The position numbers and the translations under genes are program-made. From NCBI GenBank assembly GCA_963803875.1, contig CAWDOA010000014.1:48625-112624 (forward strand): a DNA stretch of 64,000 nt, read 5' to 3'. Below, piece by piece: positions 36,817-47,264 of this stretch. Source of the DNA: an uncultured Acidimicrobiales bacterium. GTDB taxonomy: Bacteria; Actinomycetota; Acidimicrobiia; Acidimicrobiales; SZUA-35. The notes beneath the pieces were generated by a model. That model did not search any database. It was not told the DNA's origin and worked only from the letters and a program-made list of their open reading frames with translations. Each line of letters opens with the position of its first letter. The first letter of the stretch is position 1.

Positions 36817-38131
36817 TTGCGTTCAGCGCGGCGACATCGCTCAACCACTGTGCGCTCTTCTTCGGGATACGTTCCTGGGTCTCGTAGTTGACCTCGACGA
36901 TCCCGAACGTGGGTCCGTACCCCCAGGCCCATTCGAAATTGTCGAATAACGACCACACGAAATAACCCTCCAGCGGGAAACCCTCCCGAATGGCGGCATG
37001 GACCTGCTCCAAGTGGTCACGAATGAAATCGATCCGATCATCGTCTTTCACCCGACCGTCGTGCCGTTCATCGTCGGGCATCGGGCAACCGTTTTCGGTG
37101 ATCAGATAACTGGGGAAGTCGTAGCGATCGTGGAGCCATCTGAGAACACGGCCGAGGCTCGGTGGATGGATCTCCCACCCCATGGTGTTGGTGGGGGCGT
37201 CCGCAGGCAGGGTGAAGCTGTCGTCCACCGACTCAAAACTGCGGGTATAGAAGTTGATCCCCAGTAGATCGATCGGTGCGCCGATGATGTCGAGGTCACC
37301 GTCGTGGACCTCGCTTTGATCCCAGTTGAAATGGTCAGCGGTGTCCTGGGGATAGCCGAATCCTGCGACCGGGTCGGCGTACCAGTGGTTCTCGAGGTTG
37401 TTGCGGTGGTGGGCCGACTCGATATCCCGCTTGTCATTGGTTGCGGGTTCAATCGGGGTGAAGTTGATCGTGATGGCCAGCCGCGCCTCTGGAGCGCCTG
37501 CCCGAATCCGCTCCCCGGCGAGTCCGTGAGCCAGCAGAAGGTGGTGGGATGCTGCGAAACCCTCTGCCCTGGAAGTGTGTCCCGGTGCGTGCTCGCCGGT
37601 CACGTAGCCATGGTCGGCTGACACAAACGGTTCGTTGAGGGTGGTGAAGGTGTCGATGCGATCACCCAGCCGAGCAACAACGGCTTCGGCGTAGTCGGCG
37701 AAGGCGTACGCAGTGTCGCGGTTCACCCAGCCTCCGTTGTCTTGTAGACACTGGGGTAGATCCCAGTGATACAGCGTGGGAAACGGGCGGATGTCGGCTT
37801 GCAGGAGTTCGTCGACCAAACGATCGTAGAAGTCGAGCCCGGCTCGGTTGACCGGACCCGCGCCGTCGGGAATGACCCGGGGCCATGCGATCGAGAAGCG
37901 GTAGGCATGGAGCCCAAGGTCTTTCATGAGAGCTACGTCGTCCCGATACCGGTTGTAGTGATCGCAGGCGACATCACCATTGGATCCATCTTTGATTCGG
38001 CCCGGTTCGGCGCAGAAGGTGTCCCAGATACTCGGCGACTTCCCATCTGCGGTGGGCGAACCTTCAATCTGGTACGAGCTCGTTGCCGAGCCCCATAGGA
38101 AGCCTTCGGGGAAAGGGAGCGATTTGGTCAT
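36803..38131 (-). CDS. GH1 beta-glucosidase
   Basis: Catalytic motifs TLNEP (acid/base) and ITENG (nucleophile). 442 aa. The 3' end overlaps the GT gene by 14 nt. Confidence 0.9.
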   Translation of the reverse strand: MTKSLPFPEGFLWGSATSSYQIEGSPTADGKSPSIWDTFCAEPGRIKDGSNGDVACDHYNRYRDDVALMKDLGLHAYRFSIAWPRVIPDGAGPVNRAGLDFYDRLVDELLQADIRPFPTLYHWDLPQCLQDNGGWVNRDTAYAFADYAEAVVARLGDRIDTFTTLNEPFVSADHGYVTGEHAPGHTSRAEGFAASHHLLLAHGLAGERIRAGAPEARLAITINFTPIEPATNDKRDIESAHHRNNLENHWYADPVAGFGYPQDTADHFNWDQSEVHDGDLDIIGAPIDLLGINFYTRSFESVDDSFTLPADAPTNTMGWEIHPPSLGRVLRWLHDRYDFPSYLITENGCPMPDDERHDGRVKDDDRIDFIRDHLEQVHAAIREGFPLEGYFVWSLFDNFEWAWGYGPTFGIVEVNYETQERIPKKSAQWLSDVAALNAIIVG

Positions 38132-38150
38132 TGGGGTTCCTCTGCAACCT

Positions 38151-39158
38151 TCAGCGTCGGCGTGACAGCGCTGCCAGGCGAGCCACGAGAACTTCCATCA
38201 GTGTGTCGGTATCGATCGCCGTTGCCCCTCGAACTCCGAGGTCAGCGGTGGCCAATAGACCGAATACCTCCCGCAATTTCTCAGACCCGAGCGAACGGCT
38301 GAGATTCAGCGCCTTCTTGGCGGGAAAGGTGCTCCCTTTCATTCCGAGGAGCGCGGCGGCCTGTTTCTCATTGCCGATTCCGGCCCCATCGAGAGCGAGG
38401 GCCCTCTGGTAATGGCCGTGCAGGGTGGCAAGAATCTGGAGCGTGTGACGTTCGCCGCCGCCCATCATGCGGTGCAGCTTGTCCAGGGCGACCGCGATGT
38501 TGCCCTGATCGATGGCATCGGTGAGTTCCCACGGTGGAACGTCGGATGCCTCCCCGAGGAACGGCTCCACATCGGATGCGGTGAGCCCTGACCCTTCGCC
38601 AAAGGTGGAGCCAAGAACGTCGAGTACCGCTTCGGCCCGACCAACATCGTCACCGAGACGATCAGTGATGAGCGCCTTCGCCCCGCCGTCGAGACGCACT
38701 GCCGCTTGGGCAAGATGCTGATCGAGTAGGGCCTTGCGGCCTTTGCCCCGGGGGGCGGCATCGATCTCGCCCGCCCCGGCCGCCCTGAGAGCCTCCTTCA
38801 ACGGCTTGGGTACGGCGGGGAGACGGTGGGAGCTACTGCCTTTCTCCCACACCAGCACCAGATCGGTCGATTCGGTGGGATCGGCGACGTATCGAACCAG
38901 CGGGGCAACGTCATCCTGCTTGGAGAAGATCCCGAGGTTGCGGCCGATGACAACCCGACGTTCGGTGAGAAAAGGGGGGGTCTGAGCTGACGTGACCAAC
39001 GCCGAGATCGATGCCGGCCCACCCTCATCGACCATCTGCGCCTCGGTGATCTCGTCGACCATCAGCGTCTTCTCACCATCGCCAACCAGCTGATCCACGA
39101 CCTTGCTGAGCGCCTGAGCGACCAACGTGGGATCGTCTCCTTTCAGAAAATGGATCAT
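38151..39158 (-). CDS. holA: DNA polymerase III delta subunit (HolA)
   Basis: 335 aa with a delta-subunit-like N-terminus (MIHFLKGDDPTLV...). Sits in the conserved actinobacterial neighbourhood with comEC/comEA and rpsT. Confidence 0.75.
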   Translation of the reverse strand: MIHFLKGDDPTLVAQALSKVVDQLVGDGEKTLMVDEITEAQMVDEGGPASISALVTSAQTPPFLTERRVVIGRNLGIFSKQDDVAPLVRYVADPTESTDLVLVWEKGSSSHRLPAVPKPLKEALRAAGAGEIDAAPRGKGRKALLDQHLAQAAVRLDGGAKALITDRLGDDVGRAEAVLDVLGSTFGEGSGLTASDVEPFLGEASDVPPWELTDAIDQGNIAVALDKLHRMMGGGERHTLQILATLHGHYQRALALDGAGIGNEKQAAALLGMKGSTFPAKKALNLSRSLGSEKLREVFGLLATADLGVRGATAIDTDTLMEVLVARLAALSRRR

Positions 39159-40033
39159 GCGGCGTCGAATTCGGCTCGTCGTTGGAGGATTTCGGCCACC
39201 GTGTCAGCCACCCGGCGCGATGCTTTCACATCGTGGGCTCTCAGGATGCGACAGCCCTTGGCGATCCCCAGGGCGTGGGCTGCCATGGAGCCTTCGTTGA
39301 TGTTGTGCCGATCGGTCTCCAGCAGCTCGAACAGGAACCGCTTGTTGGACGCCGAGAGAAGCAGCGGATACCCCAGGTCGGCCAGCTCGGCTGAACGGTC
39401 GAGCAATTCCCAGCTCATATGCGGGTCCTTGCCCAGATCCATTCCGGCGTCGACAACGATCCGTTGTGGTTGGATACCGGCGTCGAGCGCCATCTGCACT
39501 CGACCGGCGAGGAATGATCGAACCTCGTCCACCAGATTGTCATAGTGCGGTTCGGGATCGGCAACTCGAGGACCGATCCGGATATGGGTGGCGATCACGG
39601 TGGCATCGTGCTTGGCGGCAACTTCGAGATAGCGCGGGTGCTCGAACCCGGAGATGTCGTTGGCGATGACAGCCCCACGCTCGAGGCTGGCATCGAGCAC
39701 CTCGGGGTTCCAGGTGTCCACACTGATCGGAAGATCGAACCGTTCCACGAGGGCCTCGACTGCCGGAACGACTCGGTGCAGCTCTTCGTCGAGGTCGACC
39801 GCGTCACCGGGGGCAGCCTTCACCCCTCCGACATCGAGGAGATCGGCGCCCTGCCGAACAAGATCGTCGGCCTTGCGCAGAAAGTCATCGAAATCAAAGT
39901 ACTCGCCAGCGTCATAGAAGGAGTCCGGAGTCCGGTTGAGAATGCCCATCACCAGCGCTCGATGGGTGATGTCGAACGGAGTCGGGCCGAGCTCCAAGAT
40001 CACCCTCTCGGTCCCAACGTTCACCATGGCCAT
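39155..40033 (-). CDS. folP: dihydropteroate synthase
   Basis: Pterin-binding motifs GILNRTPDSFYD, LDVGG, ISVDTW, NDISG and RAHDV. The stop overlaps the holA start (ATGA). Start uncertain: taken as Met-24 of the supplied ORF translation. Confidence 0.85.
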   Translation of the reverse strand: MAMVNVGTERVILELGPTPFDITHRALVMGILNRTPDSFYDAGEYFDFDDFLRKADDLVRQGADLLDVGGVKAAPGDAVDLDEELHRVVPAVEALVERFDLPISVDTWNPEVLDASLERGAVIANDISGFEHPRYLEVAAKHDATVIATHIRIGPRVADPEPHYDNLVDEVRSFLAGRVQMALDAGIQPQRIVVDAGMDLGKDPHMSWELLDRSAELADLGYPLLLSASNKRFLFELLETDRHNINEGSMAAHALGIAKGCRILRAHDVKASRRVADTVAEILQRRAEFDAA

Positions 40034-40115
40034 CAACCTATCGAAGCACGGCGCGGACGGGTTGGGTCCGAACCCGCTGCGTTGGGCATGCTCGCCCGCC
40101 ACCTCGTAGCCTCGT

Positions 40116-41180
40116 GTGATGAGTTCTGTGCTTCAGAAGTTCGAAATAGGTTCGCAATGGCCGACGTTGGACCCGTTTCTGTTCACCGCCCACCATAACG
40201 ATGCCTATCCGGCGGGGAATGGTCGCCTCGCTCCCGATTCGTCCGCCCTGGTCGGACGTCAGATCGGTAGCGACTTCAGCGGCCAAGACGGTTGGAGTAT
40301 GTACCACGGCAGCGACGTTCCGGGCTTCCCTCAGCATCCCCATCGAGGTTTCGAAACCATCACCTATGTTCGCCAAGGTTATTGCGACCACACCGACAGC
40401 ATGGGGGCCGCCGCGCGGTTCGGTGAAGGAGACGCCCAATGGGTCACGACCGGGGGCGGCGTGGTCCATGCCGAGATGTTCCCCCTCTTGAACGAGGACG
40501 CCGGCAACCCGTTGGAGCTGTTCCAGATCTGGCTGAACCTGCCGGCTCACGACAAGATGGTGCCGGCCTATTTCACCATGTTGTGGGCCGAGGACACCCC
40601 CAAGATCGTCACAGCCGATCCGAACAAGAACAAGACCACTCTCACGCTGCTCGCCGGTAGCTTCGGCGAACACAATGCCCAGTTGCCACCGCCCAATTCG
40701 TGGGCATCGAAGATCTCGGCCGGTATCGGCATCTGGCACATTTCGATGCAGGCTGACGCGGAGTTCCGGCTGCCTCACACCGAGTCGGACGAGATCAACC
40801 GTGCGATCTACGTGTTCGACGGCTCCTGGATCGACGTCGATGGTGTGGAGATCGAGACGGGTACAGGCGCAGTACTTCGATCCGATGTTCCGACCAAACT
40901 CATAGCGGGAGACGGCCCCGTTGACGCCATGGTGTTGCAGGGTCGCCCGATCGGTGAACCGGTGGTTCAGTACGGTCCGTTCGTGATGAACACCGAAGCC
41001 GAGATACGGCAGACATTCGCCGACTACCAGAACACCCAGTTCGGCGGCTGGCCATGGCCCACCGATGATCCCAACCACGGCGATGCCACTCAGGGGCGGT
41101 TCGCTCGTCACGCCGACGGCCGTATCGAGCAGAGATCGGGCCCAGCACCAACCAGAACGAGTGCCCAGTCCACTCACTGA
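40116..41180 (+). CDS. pirin family protein
   Basis: Cupin motif HPHRGFETITYV...GGGVVHAEMFP and a second cupin half. 354 aa (ATG at 40119). Confidence 0.85.
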   Translation: MMSSVLQKFEIGSQWPTLDPFLFTAHHNDAYPAGNGRLAPDSSALVGRQIGSDFSGQDGWSMYHGSDVPGFPQHPHRGFETITYVRQGYCDHTDSMGAAARFGEGDAQWVTTGGGVVHAEMFPLLNEDAGNPLELFQIWLNLPAHDKMVPAYFTMLWAEDTPKIVTADPNKNKTTLTLLAGSFGEHNAQLPPPNSWASKISAGIGIWHISMQADAEFRLPHTESDEINRAIYVFDGSWIDVDGVEIETGTGAVLRSDVPTKLIAGDGPVDAMVLQGRPIGEPVVQYGPFVMNTEAEIRQTFADYQNTQFGGWPWPTDDPNHGDATQGRFARHADGRIEQRSGPAPTRTSAQSTH

Positions 41181-42940
41181 GTTTGTGGACCCGGCTCGGG
41201 TTCGGGGAATTCGACCTCGAGTTTCTTCGCCGACATCGGCGAGATGGTGATCGGCCCGATCCGGGACTCGATGACGATGGGAGCCAGAACCCGGGTACCA
41301 CCAACCACTGTGTGATGGGGCGGCGCCAGCACCACCCCCAGGTCCGCAACCCGCTCAATCTCGCGGACTACCACAGACATTCCACGATGTCCGCCCCGGA
41401 CAATCACAATATCGATGACGTCGGGGTCGAGGTTCACGATCTCCTCGACCACCCGATCATCGGCATCGGCCGCCAAAACCAACACCGACGGCCGCGCTCG
41501 GTCGTCGAAGATGTAGAACCCGCCGCCGTCCAGCAGCCGCATGCTTCCTGAGCTCCCCGATGTTGCGACCAAGCCTGCGAGCAGCGCAACTGACACGGCC
41601 AGCCGAACCCTGCCGGGAAGAGGAGCTGAAGCCAGCAGAACCCCACAACATGCCAACGCCAGAGGGGCCGTGAGCGGCTGAAGAGGCATGTCGGCAAAGA
41701 AGGCGGCAACGCTGTCGATCCACCACAACAGAAGCTGCACCGGTGATTGCACGGTGACGGCGAAGGACCCCCCGAAGTATCCGGCGACCAGGCCGACACT
41801 CATCCCCCACATCATCACCACCCCAGCCGCCCACCCAACCAGGACATTGGCAGGCAACGACACCAATGACACCGACCCGAAGGTCATCAGCAACAGCGGA
41901 GAGACAGCCGCCTGTGCCGCGATGGTCACCGCAACCGGCACCGACACCACCGCTGGTCCGGGCAGCCTGGCGGCGACTGCGGGGCCGAACAACAGAATTC
42001 CGCTCGAAGCCAGGACCGAGAGTTGGAAGCCGATCGCCATCGCCAGAAACGGATCGATCAAAAGGAGCGCGCTCGACCGCGACCGCCAGCAACCGGACAC
42101 CGGACGCCCGCCGTCCCGTCGCCACGGCCCAGTAGCCGATCCCGGCGGTGAACGTTGCTCGAAGAACCGACGGTTCGAGCTGGGTGGTCAGCGCAAACAG
42201 ACCAAGCACCATCACGACGACCGGAGGACGCAGATACCCGGGAAGGAATCCGATGGCCAGGTGAAGAAGAACCAGAACGAACGCCACATTCTGTCCGCTG
42301 ACGGCAAGGATGTGACTCAGTCCCGTTTGCGAAAGATTGCTTTTTGAGCTGCCCCCTGGGCTCGGTCATCGCCGGTGACGAGCCCTTGGTAGAGCGCGGC
42401 GGAGCGATCGTCCATCGATACGGTGGCCGACGCAACCGTCCGTTGCAGCGCGGCTGCCATCCGCCAATACACAGGACCGGCCTCCACAACACTGACCGAA
42501 CGGGCGGACAATCGGCCCACCAGATGCCTGGAGCGATACCAACCGTTTTGCTCGATCGGTCGGACCGAACCGACCACTCGAAGTTTCACACCGGGGCGAA
42601 CGGTGCGGACCGAGCCGACAGCAGGCGACACGCTCATGCGAACCCGATCCCCGGTTGGCAGACGCACATCGATCTGCTCGGAGAAGGTGTCGACCGCGGG
42701 CAAGGTGACTGCGTCGACGACACCATCGAAGCTGCCGTGGTTGATCGGCTGATAGGAGTTGTCGGCCGCCTCTCCGGCGGCAAGCCCGAGGGCCAGACCT
42801 GCCAGTAGGACCAGCCGGGGAGACCCCAAGCCGAACCCGAGGAGCCCGGCCCCTACCCCGATCACCAGAGGCACGGGAGCGGTGACCACGCACCCCAGCC
42901 ACACCAGAGCGGCCAGGGCGATCACCTGAAGGTCGCTCAT
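41174..42940 (-). pseudogene. comEC: competence protein ComEC/Rec2, split by two frameshifts as assembled
   Basis: The DUF4131-like N-terminus is in ORF 42317..42940. The competence domain starts in another frame (TGLSHILAVSGQNVAFVLV..., ORF 41457..42287) and continues in ORF 41174..42100. Switches are at ~42315-42330 and ~42060-42110. Confidence 0.8.
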
Positions 42941-43599
42941 CGAACCATGACAAGATCTTCGAGGGCGGCGAGCTTCGCCTCGCCGATTCCTCTGACGCCG
43001 AGGAGATCGGCCACCGACCCGAAGCGACCAACTTCGTCCCGGTACTTCAGAATGGCGGAAGCGGTCGCCGGTCCTACGCCGGGCAACGCCTCGAGCTGTG
43101 CTGATGTGGCAGTGTTGAGATCCACCGGGCCCGCTCCGCCTTCGCCGGTCAGGGGACCGCTCACAACTGCAGCCTCACCCTCTACCGGAACTCGAATCTG
43201 CAGCCCATCGCTCACCGGCGCAGCGAGGTTCAGGCGGTCCGGTTGCCCTTCGGCGTTGGCGCCGCCGGCGATGGCGATGGCATCAAAGATCCGGTCTCCG
43301 ACGTTCAGTTCATACACACCGGGCGTCCGGACCGCACCGGTGACGTGTACGAGCAGAACAGCCGGAGACGTGGTGGCGGTGCTGGTCGGAGCGAGCGAGA
43401 CCACCGGGATTCGATCATCGACCGGAGCGCGTTCGGTCTCGCCCGATCGGTGAGTCATGAACCAGGCCAGACCGACAACAACGGTGGCAACAAGCACCAC
43501 CGACAGCGCAACAACCGGCCTGCGTCGAAGCTCATCCCAACGGTAGAGCAACTCATCGATTTGCTCACCGACGTTCCGGGATTCGGTTCCGGAGTTCAA
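42937..43599 (-). CDS. comEA: ComEA-like DNA-binding competence protein (TM + SLBB + HhH)
   Basis: N-terminal TM, SLBB-like core (VHVTGAVRTPGVYEL) and C-terminal helix-hairpin-helix (LNTATSAQLEALPGVGPATASAILKYR). Confidence 0.8.
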   Translation of the reverse strand: MNSGTESRNVGEQIDELLYRWDELRRRPVVALSVVLVATVVVGLAWFMTHRSGETERAPVDDRIPVVSLAPTSTATTSPAVLLVHVTGAVRTPGVYELNVGDRIFDAIAIAGGANAEGQPDRLNLAAPVSDGLQIRVPVEGEAAVVSGPLTGEGGAGPVDLNTATSAQLEALPGVGPATASAILKYRDEVGRFGSVADLLGVRGIGEAKLAALEDLVMVR

Positions 43600-43724
43600 C
43601 GGTTCCCCTCAGCTCGAAGGGCTGACCCGCACGGGGTCCGAGGGCCGCAGGGTCAGTGCTGCTGGGCCGAGGGGGAGCTAGCCGCTCCGAGGCATCACGC
43701 TATCTGGCTCGAGACGGTCTGCGA

Positions 43725-44429
43725 TCAGAACAGGTGCGTACTGAGCTTCTTTCGCCACAACCCGGTGTTCGGGTGGTTCGGGCCGAGCACTTCGAGCAAG
43801 TCGACGAATTCTTGCCTGGCTTCGTCGTCGTCTTTGACCTTGGGCAGCAGCGTGGTGAGACGGGCTTCCACATCGTCGATATCGCCGGCCGATTCGGCGG
43901 CCCGCGCCCGAGCGGCGATGGGACGGGTCACGTCGGTTTCCGGGATTCTGGCCAGGAACTGAAGCGCCTCTTCGTTGTTGCCGGCGTCGATCAACAGCGT
44001 GGCCAGAGCAGCGATGGCCGCCTCGTTGTCAGGCTCCATCTCGAGGGCCCGCCGAAGTGAATCCTCGTCGCCGGCTTCGACCAGTGCATCGACGGGGCTG
44101 ATGACGGGCAGGAGTTTCTGTACGAACTCTCGTACTGCGTGTTCAGGCTGGGCTCCGGTGAAGTTATCGACCACTTGCTGGTTGTCGATTGCAAAGACCG
44201 ATGGGATCGACTGCACCTGGAAGGCTTGCTGCACCTGTGGGTTCTTGTCGACATCGACTTTGGCCAAGACGACCGACCCGTTCATTTCTTTGACGACCTT
44301 CTCCAGGATCGGGGTGAGGGTCTTACATGGCCCGCACCAGTCGGCCCACAGGTCGACGATTACCGGGGTATCCACCGAACGGGCCAGGACTTCGGTCTGG
44401 AATGTGGCGTCACTGACGTCAATAATCAC
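43725..44429 (-). CDS. thioredoxin-domain co-chaperone with TPR-like C-terminus (YbbN/CnoX-like)
   Basis: The active site WCGPC sits in a thioredoxin fold, followed by a helical TPR-like domain. Confidence 0.85.
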   Translation of the reverse strand: MIIDVSDATFQTEVLARSVDTPVIVDLWADWCGPCKTLTPILEKVVKEMNGSVVLAKVDVDKNPQVQQAFQVQSIPSVFAIDNQQVVDNFTGAQPEHAVREFVQKLLPVISPVDALVEAGDEDSLRRALEMEPDNEAAIAALATLLIDAGNNEEALQFLARIPETDVTRPIAARARAAESAGDIDDVEARLTTLLPKVKDDDEARQEFVDLLEVLGPNHPNTGLWRKKLSTHLF

Positions 44430-44502
44430 GTATCCAGTTTACCCCTGTGAGTAGCGCCGCCGACCCGGAAAGCCCAATGAAGCGGTCGGAGCGATGCAAG
44501 GC

Positions 44503-45018
44503 TCAGAGATCGCGTGGCCGGGTGAGCGACAACAATTTGCACATTCCCTCAGGTGTGCCGACCGCTGACCATGCGGGGCGAACCGCGAAGTGGGCGACCG
44601 CCGCCGTGGTCATCAGTTTTCCGGAATCGCTGAACGGCGCAGTTCCGTCGCTGAGGTGATCGACGAGCTGGTCCAAACCGGGATTGTGGCCACAGATCAG
44701 GAGCCGTTGGCAGGTGCGATCCCGAAGCTTCTCCAGCCAGGTCCACGCATCGGCGTGATAGAGCTCCTCGTCGAACTCGATATCGGCTTGCTCAACCCCG
44801 CACGCAGACACGACCTCCATCGCAGTGGTATGAGCCCGGACGGCGGGCGAGCTGAGCACACGATCCGGGCACAGGTCCTGGTCGGCCAGCCATTGCGCCA
44901 TCTGGACGGCGTTGCGCGCTCCCCTGGCGTTCAGCGGCCGGTCGAAGTCACTGTCGTAGGTGCTCCAGTCGGACTTGGCGTGGCGCATGACCAGCAATTC
45001 GAGCGATTCAGTTTCCAC
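44503..45018 (-). CDS. histidine phosphatase family protein (SixA-like)
   Basis: GTG 45018 gives VETESLELLVMRHAKSDW (RHA/RHG motif), with a later CGHNPG His motif. The longer ORF would overlap the fadD 3' end. Confidence 0.7.
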   Translation of the reverse strand: METESLELLVMRHAKSDWSTYDSDFDRPLNARGARNAVQMAQWLADQDLCPDRVLSSPAVRAHTTAMEVVSACGVEQADIEFDEELYHADAWTWLEKLRDRTCQRLLICGHNPGLDQLVDHLSDGTAPFSDSGKLMTTAAVAHFAVRPAWSAVGTPEGMCKLLSLTRPRDL

Positions 45019-45080
45019 ACCGCCATCATCGCAGACAAGAGATGCCGACTGCAGCCCGAGGGTTGCAGGGACACCCCCAA

Positions 45081-46730
45081 CTACACCAGTTCGAGGCCCT
45101 GACCCAGGAACTGTTCCTTGCACAGTGCCCGTTGCAGCTTGCCTGACGAGGTCTTGGGCAGCGTCCCCGGTTTCACCAGCGCCACCTCTTTGGCAGGCAC
45201 ACCGACCGCCACGTACACAGCTTCGTGCATCTCATGGAGGAGCGCTTCGCGATCTTCAGCCCGTGTCTCGGCGACAACGGCCACCGCTTCCTTGCCACCC
45301 CGGCCTTCCACGCTGAACGCGATCACGTTGCCGGCGCGGACTCCCTCGAGAACACCGACCGCTCGTTCGATGTCTTGGGGATACACATTGCGTCCACCCA
45401 CGATGATGAGATCCTTGATTCGCCCGCACATGATCATCTGACCATCGACCATGTACGCCAGATCTCCGGTGCACAGCCAACCGTCATGAAACAGGTCGGC
45501 GTCGGCCTCAGGCCGATGGTAGTAGCCGGTCGTGACCGAGGTTCCAAAGATCTGAAGCTCACCAACTTCGCGGTCGCTCAGAACCGATCCGGTCTCAGGA
45601 TCGCAGATGCGCATCTTCAACCCCGGAACCGGATAGCCGAGTTTCACGATCTCCCGAGCGTTCTTGTGATCGAGATCCACGTTCACTGCCCGATGCTCGT
45701 GTTCGAGGACTTCGGAGTCAACGATGTCGGTTTGCAGTCCGGTCATGGGGATCGGGAACGACCCGGCGATGCCGACCTCGGCCATACCGAAAGCAGGGAA
45801 CACTGCCTCGGGGCGCATTCCGTGACGGGCGCCGGCTTCGATGAACTCGCGAACACTGGCCGGATCCACCGGTTCGGCTCCGTTGAGAGCGATCCGAAGT
45901 GTGGACAGGTCCAGAATCTCCTTGCTGCGATTCAAGGCCCGGGTGGCCAGTACATAGGAGAAGTTGGGGCCGGCGGTTGAGGTGCCTCCGAATTTGGAGA
46001 TCCACTCCATCCATCGACCCGGCGAGCCGAGGAAGTCCTGAGGTGCGCCGAGCACGAGGTTGAGGCCGGCGCTCATCGGCAGGATGCAGAATCCCACCAG
46101 ACCCATGTCGTGGTACAGCGGCAGCCACGACACCATCATCTCGGTGGAGGAGTCGACCTCAGCCGCTTCATAGATCGCGTCGAGATTGGCCGCAATGAGG
46201 TGGTTCGGCAATTGGACACCCTTGGGCTCGCTCGTCGATCCGCTGGTGAATTGGAGAACGAACAGATCATCGGCGTGGTAGTCGGGACGAATGAAGTCGT
46301 CGGCGGCCTCGGTCGCCTCTGCCAGTTCGTCCAGGAGATAGACGGGCGGATCACCTTCTTCGACAGCGAGGAAAGGCGCCAGGTCACTGTCGACCAGCAC
46401 GCAAACAGAATCGGCGAGATGGATTCGGTTGCGGGTGGACTTCGTGAAGTCCTCCAAGGACGCCAGCCGCATCGGGAGTGGCAGGACAACCAGGGTCGCT
46501 CCGCACAGCCAGACGGCCTGCATGGCGGTTACGAGGTTGATGGTGGTTGGGCCGAGGATCGCTACGTGATCCTCTCGATTCACTCCCCGGGTTTGAAGCG
46601 CAGCCGCCATCCTCTTGGCGTCGGCGTGGAGCTCACCCCAGGTCATTTCGACAGGTTCGTCACCGGTCATGAACGTGACCGTGCCTTGCCCTTTTGCAGC
46701 GTGTTCTATACGGGTGACAATGGTGTCCAC
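45081..46730 (-). CDS. fatty-acyl-AMP/CoA ligase (FadD family)
   Basis: AMP-binding motif FTSGSTSEPKGV, plus YHDMGL, GWLCTGDL and C-terminal SSGKLQR. Confidence 0.85.
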   Translation of the reverse strand: MDTIVTRIEHAAKGQGTVTFMTGDEPVEMTWGELHADAKRMAAALQTRGVNREDHVAILGPTTINLVTAMQAVWLCGATLVVLPLPMRLASLEDFTKSTRNRIHLADSVCVLVDSDLAPFLAVEEGDPPVYLLDELAEATEAADDFIRPDYHADDLFVLQFTSGSTSEPKGVQLPNHLIAANLDAIYEAAEVDSSTEMMVSWLPLYHDMGLVGFCILPMSAGLNLVLGAPQDFLGSPGRWMEWISKFGGTSTAGPNFSYVLATRALNRSKEILDLSTLRIALNGAEPVDPASVREFIEAGARHGMRPEAVFPAFGMAEVGIAGSFPIPMTGLQTDIVDSEVLEHEHRAVNVDLDHKNAREIVKLGYPVPGLKMRICDPETGSVLSDREVGELQIFGTSVTTGYYHRPEADADLFHDGWLCTGDLAYMVDGQMIMCGRIKDLIIVGGRNVYPQDIERAVGVLEGVRAGNVIAFSVEGRGGKEAVAVVAETRAEDREALLHEMHEAVYVAVGVPAKEVALVKPGTLPKTSSGKLQRALCKEQFLGQGLELV

Positions 46731-46811
46731 GACAACTCAGACTCTGGTGGTTACCCAGGGGTTACATCCTGATCGAAGAATTCAATGAGGCCGAGCCGCT
46801 ACCGTTTTGGC

Positions 46812-47213
46812 ATGGCCGAACCGAAAACACAAAGGAACGACTCCGATGTCGATTCGTTCCTCGACGGGGTGGAACCGGAGCAGCGAAAATCGGACGCCAG
46901 AGCTCTGCGAGAGCTGATGGCGACGATCACTGGCCAGCCAGCCGTCATGTGGGGCTCGTCCATCGTGGGATTTGGTTCCAAACCCGTGGTTTACGCCAAC
47001 GGAAAGACCTCGGAATGGATGGCGGTCGGGTTCGCACCCCGGAAGGCCCACACGGTGTTGTACATCATGGACGGCTTCAAATCGTATGGGGAGGTGCTGG
47101 CCAGGCTCGGACCCCACAAGACCGGCAAGGCCTGCCTCTATGTGAAACGGTTGTCCGACGTCGACCTCGACGTGCTGAGCGAGATGATCGACCTCAGTTA
47201 CCGGAACGCGTGA
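46812..47213 (+). CDS. DUF1801-like small protein
   Basis: 133 aa from ATG 46812. DSFLDGVEP...ARALRELM...MWGSSIVGFG...VGFAPRK resembles the YdhG/DUF1801 pattern. Family call from memory only. Confidence 0.55.
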   Translation: MAEPKTQRNDSDVDSFLDGVEPEQRKSDARALRELMATITGQPAVMWGSSIVGFGSKPVVYANGKTSEWMAVGFAPRKAHTVLYIMDGFKSYGEVLARLGPHKTGKACLYVKRLSDVDLDVLSEMIDLSYRNA

Positions 47214-47264
47214 TCGTCCTGGTGCGGGCCCGGCTTGCGCTCGAACCTCCACTACGCTGCCCCG

